A stretch of 64,000 nt of DNA from the human T2T-CHM13v2.0 reference genome, Homo sapiens, in NCBI RefSeq assembly GCF_009914755.1, contig NC_060938.1, one strand, 5' to 3'. Under the pieces are notes generated by a model. That model was not told the DNA's origin, searched no databases, and saw only the letters and a program-made list of their open reading frames with translations. The position numbers and the translations under genes are program-made. Below, piece by piece: positions 36,322 to 49,355 of the stretch (positions are counted from its first letter, which is position 1; each line of letters opens with the position of its first letter).

Positions 36322-39273
36322 TTTTTTAGTTTAAATTATTTTGCCTATATGGAAATGATTTCTTTTTTTCCCAGAACAGCTTCTATTTTTAATTTGCTTT
36401 TACTTTTTCTTTCCATTCTTATTATATTGTGAATGCCTCAATGTTATTTGCTCTCCTTCTCCCAGCTTACTTTGGCTACGAAGTTGATTTTATTTTCTAC
36501 TATATAATTTTGAAGACTATATTTTTTATTTCATTTGTGTCGATTTGCTGAATTTTCACTGTTATGTTTTGTGCTGAATTGCTTCTAATAATCAATGTGA
36601 ATTCTACTCTCAGTAGAAGGGGGTTAATACATTGTTCTTACCACCCAAAGAAAGCCTGGCCTCTTTGCCTGAACTTTTTCACCACCGTGTTTAAAGCCTT
36701 GAAAGTATTGGTAGGCTCTATTTGGTATCTTAAAATTGTTTCCAGCCAGTGGGAGGCCTGTACCCTAGAAGAAAATGAGTTGAGTTAGCTCCAAGTAGTA
36801 CCAGTGGTATTTGCATCTTTTTAAAATTCCTTAAAAAGCATTTAGGAAATTAGTTCTTTTCCTTCAGCAAAGGGGAAATAAGGTACTCTCAAGTGACTAT
36901 GGTAGAGTTTGGTTATCCAGGATCATACTCTCACTTTTGCTTCAGGCTACAAAATCAATTATACTGAAAATGCAGATATCAAGAATCCCAGGTGTTTCGA
37001 GTATTGTTCTATGATACTGACGCCTTCCAGTGTATGGAACTAACAACTGGCAAAAACACAGACACACACAGAAGGCACACACACATTCTCTCTCTCCCTC
37101 TTTCCTTTGTCTCTTCTCCTTTTCCCTTTTTCATTTCTCTCAAGGATTTAATCAGGTAAGCTTTCAGGGATCTTAAGATTCTACCAAGAAAACATGATGA
37201 TTTTCATATCTAAAGTTATACTTAGAAAATATTTCAGGTGGGTACCATCATCGTGTAACTACAGGGTAAGACTATTCCTTCACCTTAAGATTATTTGAAC
37301 CAATGCTGCCTTATGTACTTCAACATACATAAGATTGGTAAGAAGCACTATATAATTTTTTCATCAAGAAGTTACTTGTTTTGCTTTACAGATATTTGTG
37401 TTATTTGAACTGTTATAGAAATATCAAACTGAATGGTGGATAAGAGTGTTTCCAAGCCAGCAGCTTAATATTTGGGCTCTCTCTACCTCAGTTTATGCGA
37501 TTTTGTGTTGTTTGACATGCTGGATAATATTTTAGGTCTAAAACTTAGAACTTCCTAAATGGGATGTTGTTTTATCTTGATGCATTAAAATATTTTCTTT
37601 CTATGAAAAAGATATCCAAAGGTAAATTTAATAAAATGTTATTTTTAAAAAATACAAGCTATTTGAATTATAAATTATTTCTTATATTCTATTATTTAAA
37701 ATAGCCTCAATATATAATTATACTTCTACTTTAGCATGAAGCCACTAAATAAAAAAGGGTTAGAAGAAAGTGATTATGTAAGTGTTTATAGCTCAGATAC
37801 ATTAGTAGAAATAATAACATTAGTAACTAGCATTTCTGAATAGTAGTAGGTACTGTGTTAACCATCTAACATATAAAAAATACTTAATATGCATTATTTT
37901 AATATTTGCATTGATGGTTTGAGGTAGGGTATTTTATTATTCTCATTTTCCAGAGTTTAAGAAATTTGACCAAATTCCTAGCACTAGTAGGAACTCCTAG
38001 AGAGTTCCGATGTTAAGAGTCTGAGTTACTTCAGAAGCAAAGCTCTTAATAAGCAAATGAAACACTCCACTTGACATTTCCTGTTTTGTAATACATAATG
38101 ATATCAAGGGGCTGTGGCTCATCTTATTGTTGAAAAATATAATCTGTAGCCTTTCCAAATCAAACCTATTTCAGACAAACCCTTTGCTGGGGTGGAAGGG
38201 TGGTGGGGAAGCGAGGGAGAATGCCCTACCTAGAAATTCTCATCCTGTTAAAATACAAGTTAAGCCTCTTTGAGACACTTGAGTTTTTCTACTGTCTTCT
38301 CCCCAGGTACTTGCCCTGTTTGTCCATGACTATTTTTTCCCGAAGGTTGATAGAGAGCAATTTCATGGTTACAAGCTTTATGATATTTATGTGTTACAAA
38401 TACACACTTCTATGTCACCAAAGAGCTAAATATCTTTGAAAAATTAATTCTTGGGGGGAAAAGAATTATTTCCCCTTATCATGTGAATTTTCAGGAAGAA
38501 ATTTGGAATAATGCAAATAAGAGATGAAGTAAAATACCCAAATATATAAAAAGAATTCAAGGAATTCAAGCATGGTGTCCTGTCCCAGAGTCTCACTGTT
38601 CAGCATCACTGTTTTGGTATTTTCGTGAACTCTCAAAACCCAAATATCTCCAGAGAGGCAAGTGTTGAAACTTCATGCTTGTTTTTTTGTTCTTTTTTTT
38701 TTTTTTTTCCAAAGATAACCCACTGCATTCACTATCACCCACAACATTCTCACAGTTCAGAAGAATTCTATTAAATTTTTTATACACTGTCTTTTTTGAT
38801 GGCAGTGAGCCCCTTTTGCTGGATATCAGCCCTAGAGGCATGAATTATATATCTACAAATACACTCATAAAGCAAAAAAGCCGGGAAGCCTTCAGGGCTA
38901 AAATAGACCTTTTATATCTCTAATGATCTCTCTAGTTTAAAGAAAAGCACAATCCTGCCAAAAAGGGGTATGTATGCCTGATTTTAAAATGCTAACTTTA
39001 AAGAATATAGATAGCTTTTATCCCAAACTAAAGAAAAATTCTGGGGATAGCATAGGAAATTAGGATTTTGATGGATTACAGGTTTTGTATTACTCTGCTC
39101 ATAACCCTTTATGACTTTGGGTTATTTGCTTCCATGAATACTTTTGTAGGCATGGGACACATAGTTGATCACTGACTTCATGATCTCTGGGAAGTGAAGA
39201 AAATATTATCAGCTACTTGAACATTTCTCAGGGTAGTCACTTTTGATTAAAATAAACAAGAAGCTTTGAATAG

Positions 39274-39596
<323 letters not shown>

Positions 39597-42500
39597 AAAC
39601 TAAGTTATTTCTATTAATGATCTTATAGTAGGAGAAATACATCACTTTCTCCTCTCAAATGATGTGTGCCTTTGATCCCCCCAGGACACTATTATCATCT
39701 GCAATCTTAAACATGGAATTTAATATTAAAATTAATTACACCAACATATACACTTGTCCCAGGCATTTTTCATGTTTACAGTTATCTAAAATGTTCTACC
39801 TATTTTCATTAGAATTGCTATTTGTCATAAGGACCCCCGTGTACTGCAGTTGACTTCATTTTAAACTAAAGGCAATCTTCCCACTTCTTGAGAAGCCAGG
39901 AAAGAGGGGTTAGGAAAGCTTCTACCACTTTGTTGTCTAAAAATCAGCATAATTTGGGCTCAGATTTTCCCAACAGAGGGTATCATTTATCATTTTTATC
40001 GCTGCTACCGAGATTAATAACAAAATGGCAAAGAAAACTAGAGATCAGTAGTTCTGAAAGATTTTGTTTTCTAAACTCTGAGATGGCATACCCATCATTT
40101 TAGTTTTAAAATAAGCTCTTATCATTTCACTTTGGGACTCACCAGGCTTTTAGAAGCTCTTTATAAATTAACAAGCTTCAGAACCCTCTTACTGTAGAGT
40201 TATAAAAAATGTGGTTACTCTTTTTTTTTTTTTTTTAAATCTAAGATACTTGCATTAGTGTGTTAAATGAGAGGGAGATAGCAAAGTAAAGTAATTCAAC
40301 TGCAGAGTGAACAGTTTGTAGATTTTGAAACAACAAGTACACTGTGGAAACTTTAGCTGGTATTGAAAGGAGAAAAAACAAACCGAAAAAACAAAAAGGC
40401 AAATTTAAGACTCCGGTTGGGTGTCACAGATGGTACACTAAAATTGCAAATGAATGCCACTCTGTAATCATGAAGATGGTGATCTTAATCCCACTTAAAG
40501 GGACACTAGCCTCTTACCCAACAGTTTGCCTTTATATTCAAACTATTTGTACCAGGGCTTTGCCTCCTAAGATATCAGTTATTCCTTGTCCTTTAACCTA
40601 GTTTCCTCTTTGCTTACTCTACATGGGGTAGATTTGTCATTGCCATAAGGAACAAATGACTCGGTGTTTGTGCCAGAAAAGAACACACATGTTAAACCTG
40701 TGTTACAGATAAGTTAAAAAAAAAAATCCTGCCTTGTCCTCTGAAGGTAAGTAAAACTGTGCCTGAGAAATCCTTACGGAAGCTTTAGACAGAGTCCATG
40801 GGCCTTCACTTCCTCTCTCTCATCACTGCTCTCCTATTACTCAAACCTTGCCCTCTTTCATATATCACCTTAAATCTACCACTTGGGACCCCCTAGCAGA
40901 AGAATAATAAAAAAGTTTGCTCAGAGTTAGTTTTAGGACTGGCTTACCTTTAGGGAACTGCACTCCAAATCCCATTTGTAAAAACTAGCAAAAGTGTGTA
41001 AATTATGCATTAAATAAGTTGTAAGGCATATGAATTATATATGTTCACAATGTAAAAAAAAAAAAAAAAAAAAAACAGGTGTCTGCTGGTCTAGTACAGT
41101 AAGTGTGAATCTTTGGCAAATCTGCACAGATCATTTTGCTCAATAGTTTCAAACTCTGAGCACCAGAATAGAGGCTCAGGTTTAGAGCACATACTACAAG
41201 ATCATCTTGAGAATCTCAAAAAGGTATTTTTTTAAATTTCATAGTAAAATTATCACATAGGCCAGAGATGACACTGCAACATTCTGTTGTCCCTTCCCTT
41301 CTAAATGGTACACATTATATGCTTTCTCGGTTCCCTCAGAAACTCAGTTTCTTTCTGCAGAACACAATTGTTATTGGCTAAACAGGGAGAGAATAAAGGC
41401 TTCTGACATGGGCACCAACAGTTTCTCAGTGCTTGAAGGTAGGTATTAGCTTTCTTCTCAGGAAGCCCTTCTCTTAGCACACCTGAAACCTGGACAATTT
41501 GGATGCATGGGAAAGGTTTCAGGATGCAAGGTGTGGAAAGGTTGCATCTTGAAGCATTTCCTATGCATTCAAAAGGAGAGTTTTAATTTGTGAATCAATC
41601 TTCATAGGAAAAACCCTGGAAGACTGTGTAGGCTCCAAGGCTTATTCACTTGGAGTCCCCTAGAACTCTGGTACTGAATCACCTCCTTGTCTGGCTTTGT
41701 TACTGATGAGGTGGGTACCTCAGCTACAGTCTTATCTGTTAACAGCTACTCAAACACTGATTATACTATCACAGCAAAGTTATTACCAAGTGTAAGAGAC
41801 ACACGTACGTGGTACCAGTTGACAGCTCAATGGGTCAGCTCAGAAAGAGGCCTTCAACAATAACGTCACATTAGTACCTCAACCTTCTAAATAACTGGGG
41901 CAGGGAAACATTCGCAGCATCCCTGCGAGTGGATTTTTTTTAAGTGATAGTGGGAATACATTTTTCTGGAATATATTCAATAAAGAGACATGGACTATGA
42001 CTTCTTAAGATTCTTCCTTTGCTTGGAAAACAACATTATAAAGACACTGAAGAGAGATCAGTTATCCTGCTGACATAGATGCATAGCAATCTTGGCCTTA
42101 CAGTAGGGTAAGCAACCACTACTGCAGAATATTTGTGGTACCCATGATCTGCAAGGCCCTGTTATTTAATGAACTATTCTGAGCTTTCTTTCCCAACTTA
42201 GTCTGTATGATTCTAAGTGCAATAACGAGGGTCTATGGGTAAACAGATATGTTTTTGCCACACTAGTTAGCAATCACCAATTTAAAAAACTCACTTTGCT
42301 AAGTCAACATTTCTGAGTCTAACAGTTTCAAGTCATGGATATCTAGGCTGAGTATTTTGAAAATCTAGCTTCCAGCTCAGCATATATTGCATACAGCATG
42401 AAAGCAATGCATACAAATATTAGACTAATGCAAGGCAAGCTGTCATTTAATAGTCAGGGGGATTTCTGGAAAAGCATGGTCAAAATGGATTTGTTAGATG

Positions 42501-43113
42501 AATATTTTTAACTTTTTAAAAATCCCTATTGCTCAGCTTATAGTAAACAAGGACTGTGATTAATAAGTGTGAAATAAAAGGAAGTAACTTAAGAAAACAC
42601 AAAAGACACAATCTTTTATGTTTCTTGATCTTGGTCTCAATAAGATGGTGAATCGGTCATTCTCATCCTCCTGGGAGCAAATGAGCAGAATCCCAAGAAG
42701 GCAATAAAGAAATCTTAAACGCATGTTAATAAATTCTTAAGTTAAGCACACAATGTGTGCGTGTACCCACACATGCCAATTTTGATAGCCAGCCAGTATT
42801 TATAACAGTATCATTGACTGAATGTCATCAGCCCATAAGCAGATCCTGGAAAGAACATATATAGTTGAATTTTATCTAAATAATTACTTGAGAGTATCTT
42901 TAAAAAATCTAAGCCCCTGATCTAGGGATTTCAGGTTTGGGTGGCAAGAGGCATACAGAAGGCTCCAAATCTGCCTAGAATGATTAGACTCCATCCAGAA
43001 AAGATCCAGATCTTTTTATTATAATTTCTGAGGCATAATCTGTGAATGACGTTGGTTGAGTGAGAGTTGTTTACAAATATACTAATTGTTTTTCTTTTTC
43101 TTTTCCATCCCAG

Positions 43114-44039
43114 GAGGTGAATTAGTTATCCCTCTTCTTGTAGAAGACCCTTTAGCTACCCCTCCTATTGCTACTCGTGCACCTTCCATTACACTCCCCC
43201 CTACCTTTCGCCCCCTCCTCACCATTATTGAGACCACCAAAGATTCCCTGTCCATGACCTCTGAGGCGGGGTTACCTTGCTTGTCGGACCAAGGCAGCGA
43301 TGGTTGTGATGATGATGGCTTGGTGATATCTGGGTATGGCTCAGGGGAAACCTTTGACTCTAACCTGCCCCCTACTGATGATGAAGATTTTTACACCACC
43401 TTCTCCTTGGTAACAGATAAGAGTCTTTCCACTTCAATCTTCGAAGGTGGCTACAAAGCACATGCGCCCAAGTGGGAATCCAAGGACTTTAGACCTAACA
43501 AAGTCTCCGAAACTAGTAGGACTACTACCACATCTTTATCCCCTGAGCTGATCCGCTTCACAGCTTCCTCCTCGTCTGGGATGGTGCCCAAATTGCCAGC
43601 TGGCAAAATGAATAACCGTGATCTCAAACCCCAGCCTGATATAGTCTTGCTTCCGTTGCCCACTGCCTATGAGCTAGACAGCACCAAACTGAAGAGCCCA
43701 CTAATTACTTCCCCCATGTTCCGTAATGTGCCCACAGCAAACCCCACGGAGCCGGGAATCAGACGGGTTCCGGGGGCCTCAGAGGTGATCCGGGAGTCGA
43801 GCAGCACAACAGGGATGGTCGTCGGCATTGTGGCTGCTGCCGCCCTCTGCATCTTGATCCTCCTGTACGCCATGTACAAGTACAGGAACAGGGACGAGGG
43901 GTCCTATCAAGTGGACGAGACGCGGAACTACATCAGCAACTCCGCCCAGAGCAACGGCACGCTCATGAAGGAGAAGCAGCAGAGCTCGAAGAGCGGCCAC
44001 AAGAAACAGAAAAACAAGGACAGGGAGTATTACGTGTAA
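43114..44039 (+). CDS. NRXN3: Neurexin-3 terminal coding exon, longest form (acceptor 'a'; exon 25a in mouse numbering): 208-aa stalk insert, TM helix and cytoplasmic tail
   Basis: The ORF ends in the neurexin TM segment [21 protein letters not shown] (43812-43874), then [11 protein letters not shown] and the PDZ ligand KDREYYV*, with TAA at 44037-44039. The acceptor has branch TACTAAT at 43080-43086, a U-rich tract and CAG at 43111-43113. The ORF-track start at 43086 is intronic. Confidence 0.96.
43417..44039 (+). CDS. NRXN3: Neurexin-3 terminal exon, internal acceptor 'b' (starts [12 protein letters not shown]; 107-aa insert)
   Basis: ttctccttggtaacAG at 43401-43416 is in the same phase as the other acceptors and lies 321 nt upstream of acceptor 'c'. 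It matches the known NRXN3 SS5 insert start. Confidence 0.85.
43738..44039 (+). CDS. NRXN3: Neurexin-3 terminal exon, shortest form (acceptor 'c'; starts [25 protein letters not shown])
   Basis: Branch-like CACTAAT at 43699-43705, with no AG until cccacAG (AG at 43736-43737). It encodes the canonical neurexin juxtamembrane, TM and tail sequence (100 aa). Confidence 0.93.
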
Positions 44040-45768
44040 ACATGCGAACACTGCTCACACGCGAGTTTTCACAGTTATTTCTATCCACGCCTATGAATCT
44101 TTGGACGGTGAGATCTCACAGATGTCAGAACTGCTGGAACTATGAAATGGGGTATATAACCACGACTCTGGTGGGGAAAACCGTTTTTTAAAGGACACAC
44201 ACACACACAGCGATGCATCTCTCTCTAAAGCTCAGCCACGGCTGCGGCAAGGTCCCAGCGGTCGCTGGGAGACAGAAGGTTTTGTGCCCTGCTGTATCAT
44301 AAAGCACACACTTAGCGCTCTGGAGCCGGACGGTGGCTCCACCACTTCCGCAGGCCTGGAAACTTCCTTCTCCGGAGGACCTTTTACTAAAAGGTAGAAG
44401 ACTTCATGGCTTACTTGTTCCATAACTCCAAGTGAGTCTGTAATGTTTGTGAAGCTTGACTGTAACCATGTTTTTTCTGTTTAATTATGTAAAAAACAAA
44501 ACTACAACAACAAAAAAAGAAAAAAGTTAAAAAAGAAAAAAACACCAAAAAACAAAAACAAACAAAAAAAAAAACCCACAACCCTTATCTGGTTCTGACC
44601 AGTGTGCGTGTAACTTTATGATCTGAGGGGAAAAATGGCTTTTGGGTTTTTGTTTATTTTTTTGATAATGACTGGACATCAGAAGAGGAAAAAAACTCAA
44701 AACAAAAGCGAGAGAGACTATTGCCATATGAACTCAAAAGCTATCATGGTGTTCACTCTACATATCAGGTTATGGTGTCTCTAGAATCTGTTGTTTGTTT
44801 CCTATAAGATGCTTTGCTGAACACATAGCAAAATTCATGTGACGGATGATAAATTGATTCGAAAAGCTGGTCCCCCAGGATCTAATTTCAGAATTTACCA
44901 CCCAAACCCGGAACAGATGGGTTTAGGGCTGGTGTTATCAGAGCTATTGGCTTTACGTAACAATATTGTTCCTGTCCATTCACCCAGCCAAATTGTGTTA
45001 AAGAGGAAAGCCCCACAAACTAAAACAGCCTTTCCTAGGGAAGAGGAAGGGGAGGTGGGCTGGATCTGTGACTGATTGAAATGCATGCAAATAAAAAAGA
45101 CAATATTAAAGTCTGTTATCAAACCAGACAGTAGGGGAGTTCAACTCGTGATGGAACCACAAAAGGTCACACAAGCCAACCATGTCATGCCAGAGTACAA
45201 AACACATAGTTCTTTCCCCGCCCCGAATGTGACAATGGTTTTCATAGTGGTTTAATTTTGTAGCCTGACATTTATGGATAACTCTGTCCTTCCATTTGCT
45301 CACTTCTCTCTTCACCCATCTTTTTTAAAAACAAATAAATGAATAAAGCTGCTGTGACACACACACAAAAGGAATTTAATAGTATAATATATATATAAAT
45401 AAATATATATACAGATATATTTATCATGGTATGTTTGATGGGATGACTGACACAGGAAATCTGTTAAAGTCTTAAAATGGAATGAGAATGTTGTTTTAAA
45501 AGAAAATAGCAAAACAACAAAAAAGCAAACCTTAAAATGTGAAGAAAGTGTGAATTTTAGTTTTGTCACAGTTAACTGTGTCAAAGAGAATTAAAAAAAA
45601 AAACTTCAGATTTTGTTTACATATTTTACTACATTTTTGCTGGTATAATTCCTTAGCCACCTATGTACATACTGCTTTAAGAAATGTTTTTTTCCTGTTT
45701 ATTTCTGTTTGGTTTATATTCTGGTTGTCTTTTTCTTTTTGTAAAGAGGAAACAATGTACAGAAAAAC

Positions 45769-45774
45769 AATAAA
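45769..45774 (+). terminator. Candidate proximal poly(A) signal
   Basis: AATAAA preceded by two UGUA (CFIm) motifs within 30 nt. Further hexamers occur at 45090, 45334, 45342 and 45398. Confidence 0.4.
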
Positions 45775-46473
45775 CTGGTTGTATGGCCATAGCTATCCGA
45801 AAAGCAAGAGACAAAGCAAGACAAATATTCACACAAAAATGAAGTGTGTCCTCTGGAGGGTCATATATACAATTTCTTTTGTACAGATGAAAATCAATCA
45901 GCTGCTTAGATTTAGAAATCTACTCTTGCTGGTCTTTGTAAGTTGCATGAATATTTGACTTTGAAAAAATATCTTAACGACATGGGGCAAAAAGTGCAAT
46001 CTAAATGGTAGCCTTTACTAATGTGTGTGGAAAGAGGTGTTCCTCATTATCTAATATTTCAATGTGTTAAGAGTTTAATTTTTTTGTTATCATTAAAAAA
46101 GACAGGATTATAAAGAGATATCAAAGCACGATTTTAGATAACCTAAACGGCCCAGCCTATACGAAGTTGATTATATCTCGATGTCTGTAAAAGATTGCTG
46201 TTCTTGGAGTCTTGAGGTCTTGTGAATTGATTTCCTGCTTTCTTTCATTTTTTTCAATTTAAGTAATAATACATTTGTTATATTCCTTTCAGTGTAAGTT
46301 TCTATTTGGACAATTTTATGGGAACATGTGCATTCTCTATGTGAGCTTCTATCATATTCCTGTTTTATTAGCAGAACCTAAAGGAATTTATTTAATGATG
46401 TTGTGACATTACTGCTTTTTCTTTTTTCTTTTCTTAGTTCATATTTGCATTTTCGTTCAAGGATATGCTTAGC

Positions 46474-46479
46474 AATAAA
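46474..46479 (+). terminator. Poly(A) signal AATAAA, likely a major NRXN3 site
   Basis: The hexamer sits at the end of the repeat-free UTR block and is followed about 20-45 nt later by GU/U-rich sequence (ttgtatgctgatgcacttttattttc). Confidence 0.65.
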
Positions 46480-46750
46480 ATGTTCTTCCCAAAACCTTGT
46501 ATGCTGATGCACTTTTATTTTCTTAACATTTGAGAAAATCTCGCACTGAAGCTAATTATGTCATATCTTATTAAAAGCCGAGTAAGAGCTAGACCACTTT
46601 CATGTGATAGAAGATATTCTAAGCAGTTACTAATTATTACATTATCAAAATGCCATATTTATGAGATAATTATGTTACTTGAGGCATTATTTTTTAGATT
46701 GCTATGATAGAATAACCAGGAGGGAGTGCATTTTTCTGGAAAGATGATAG

Positions 46751-47123
<373 letters not shown>

Positions 47124-47720
47124 TGGATACTATGTTTTTTAAAGGCATTTCGTACCTTTTACGTATTTTCTATAAGTCAACAAGCTTTAAACAGTATTTA
47201 AAACTATGTTCACATAGTGCCATAAGCACTAGAAAGTCTTAGATGTCTTCTTTCCAAGCCTCCCACCATATTAAAATTTAAAATTAAAAAACAGAATCCA
47301 AAACCAAAATTTAAATGAGTTCTTCAATTTTAACAGCTTCTTACAAGAATTTCTGATTACAACTTGTTTCATACACCCATTGTAGCAGTAATGTCTCATA
47401 TTTCTCGTTCTCTCAGCACACACTTACTTGGCCAATTGGATAATCCATCTACCCTTTGTTCTTCACTGTAATCTAGAAATATAGATTTAACTGAACAGCT
47501 GTCCTTTATCCATATGTTGGTTACCAGTTTTCAAAGAGTTAGAATTTTAAAAATATATATTTAGTTAAGCCTGTGCCTTCAAGATAACATTAGTGGAGTG
47601 GTTATACTATCGACTATGTTAGGAATGGGGGGGAGAAAGTCAGGTTCAGTGATGTCAAATTATGTAAAGTTTTTTTTTTGTTCCTGTCTTCAAAGTTCTG
47701 TATTAGATGTTCTCCCATCA

Positions 47721-48007
<287 letters not shown>

Positions 48008-49355
48008 AAATCTTTCTAAATCTCACTAATATATAATTCTAGGACTACTTTAAGCATTCACTTTTTCTTTAATTCAAGAAACATTTATTGAACACTTATG
48101 TACAAGCTAGTCTACTATTGGCTATTGTTACTTTGTTTCAATGAAGGCAGAAAATGGCTAGAAGGATTTTAAGCCTTTTTGTCTCTTGTATAAATCTATA
48201 CAGGTCCAGTCTCTCTTTGCTCATATTCAAATTGAAGTTTGATCTTTCTCCAAAAAATATCCAAGCCCTGTGTTTGTCCCAGTTGAACTAATATCTTGAT
48301 TATATAGTTTAAGATCAGTTTGATAATGTCTATTGAATATTTACTAAATGATTATGGGATATTAAATTGAGAGCCTTGGGAGCTTATCATCTAGTAAAGA
48401 TGAACAAAAAATGGTACTATAGTGAATGCAAATAAGCTATCAAAAAGTACAAACTAAGTTGGGAGCTTAGAAGAAATTATGTAAGGGAAGGCTTCATAGA
48501 AGGGGTGACATTTTGGTAAACCTTGGAAAACTGATAGGCAGAAATAAGGGCTGTATATCATTCTAAGCAAACCCTTAAAGTGGGAGCAAGCAGGATCAAA
48601 ACCATAATTTGGATTGATGACAGACTGCAAAAAGTACATTGGAGGAAGATATGAGTAGGAAGGTTTTTGAAATCATGTCAATGAATGGGAAGAGAGAAAT
48701 GGGAGAATAGCTTGAGAAGTTCAAGGTCAAGGGCTGCTTTGTCGAGTACAAAGGACTCGAGCATATTTGAAATGAAAGGTAATAACTGATCTACTCTTAT
48801 GGAGCAACCGAGTTTCCTGATAGAGATGTTTTTCTGGGGGAAAAAGGCATAAGTCAATCTTCTTGGAGAGAATGGGATCAGAAACTGACATATTGCTACA
48901 GAGGTTACAAAAGCTGTAGTCAGAGGGCTTCAGTGTTCTGGATATATTAAAGGACAAGGTCAGATACCCAAGTGGGACCGTGAGTGATTAATGGCAGCAG
49001 TCCACTGACAGCACCAGTAGGAAGGCGCTAATGAAAAGATCTCTAAATATCAGTAAGGGGTTAGCTGCCATTAATAATACAACTTTATAGCTTTACTATT
49101 TTTTCTTTTATTGTTGAAACAGTGAGGGCACGTATTTTTCTAATTGTGTTTATTACAAAGAAAACAGACCCGAAGAACTTAAATGACTTCTCCAAGGTCA
49201 CACAGCTAATACATGACAATGTCATGACTTAAAATCCAGTCTTGTGGTTCCAAATTTAGAGCTCTTTCATAAACCTGTCTCTAGAGAAGCAAGCCATTTT
49301 CTACTTTTTCCAGAAGCATTTGAAGTGGAAGCTAAGGCAGGAAATGAGAGGATAT

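Larger units (their letters stand above)
44040..46500 (+). other. NRXN3: NRXN3 3'UTR (proximal ~2.5 kb, free of interspersed repeats); may extend to ~50360
   Basis: It follows the stop codon, is AU-rich, has no interspersed repeats until the Alu at 46789, and contains multiple AATAAA hexamers. Confidence 0.75.

Noticed and set aside
43086-43113. ORF-track N-terminus MFFFFFSIP
   Set aside because: This is the branch point and polypyrimidine tract of the acceptor. The TTG start is not a real initiation site.
43451-44051. Three antisense ORFs over the terminal exon
   Set aside because: They are shadows of the sense CDS codon bias, with no recognisable product or independent signals.
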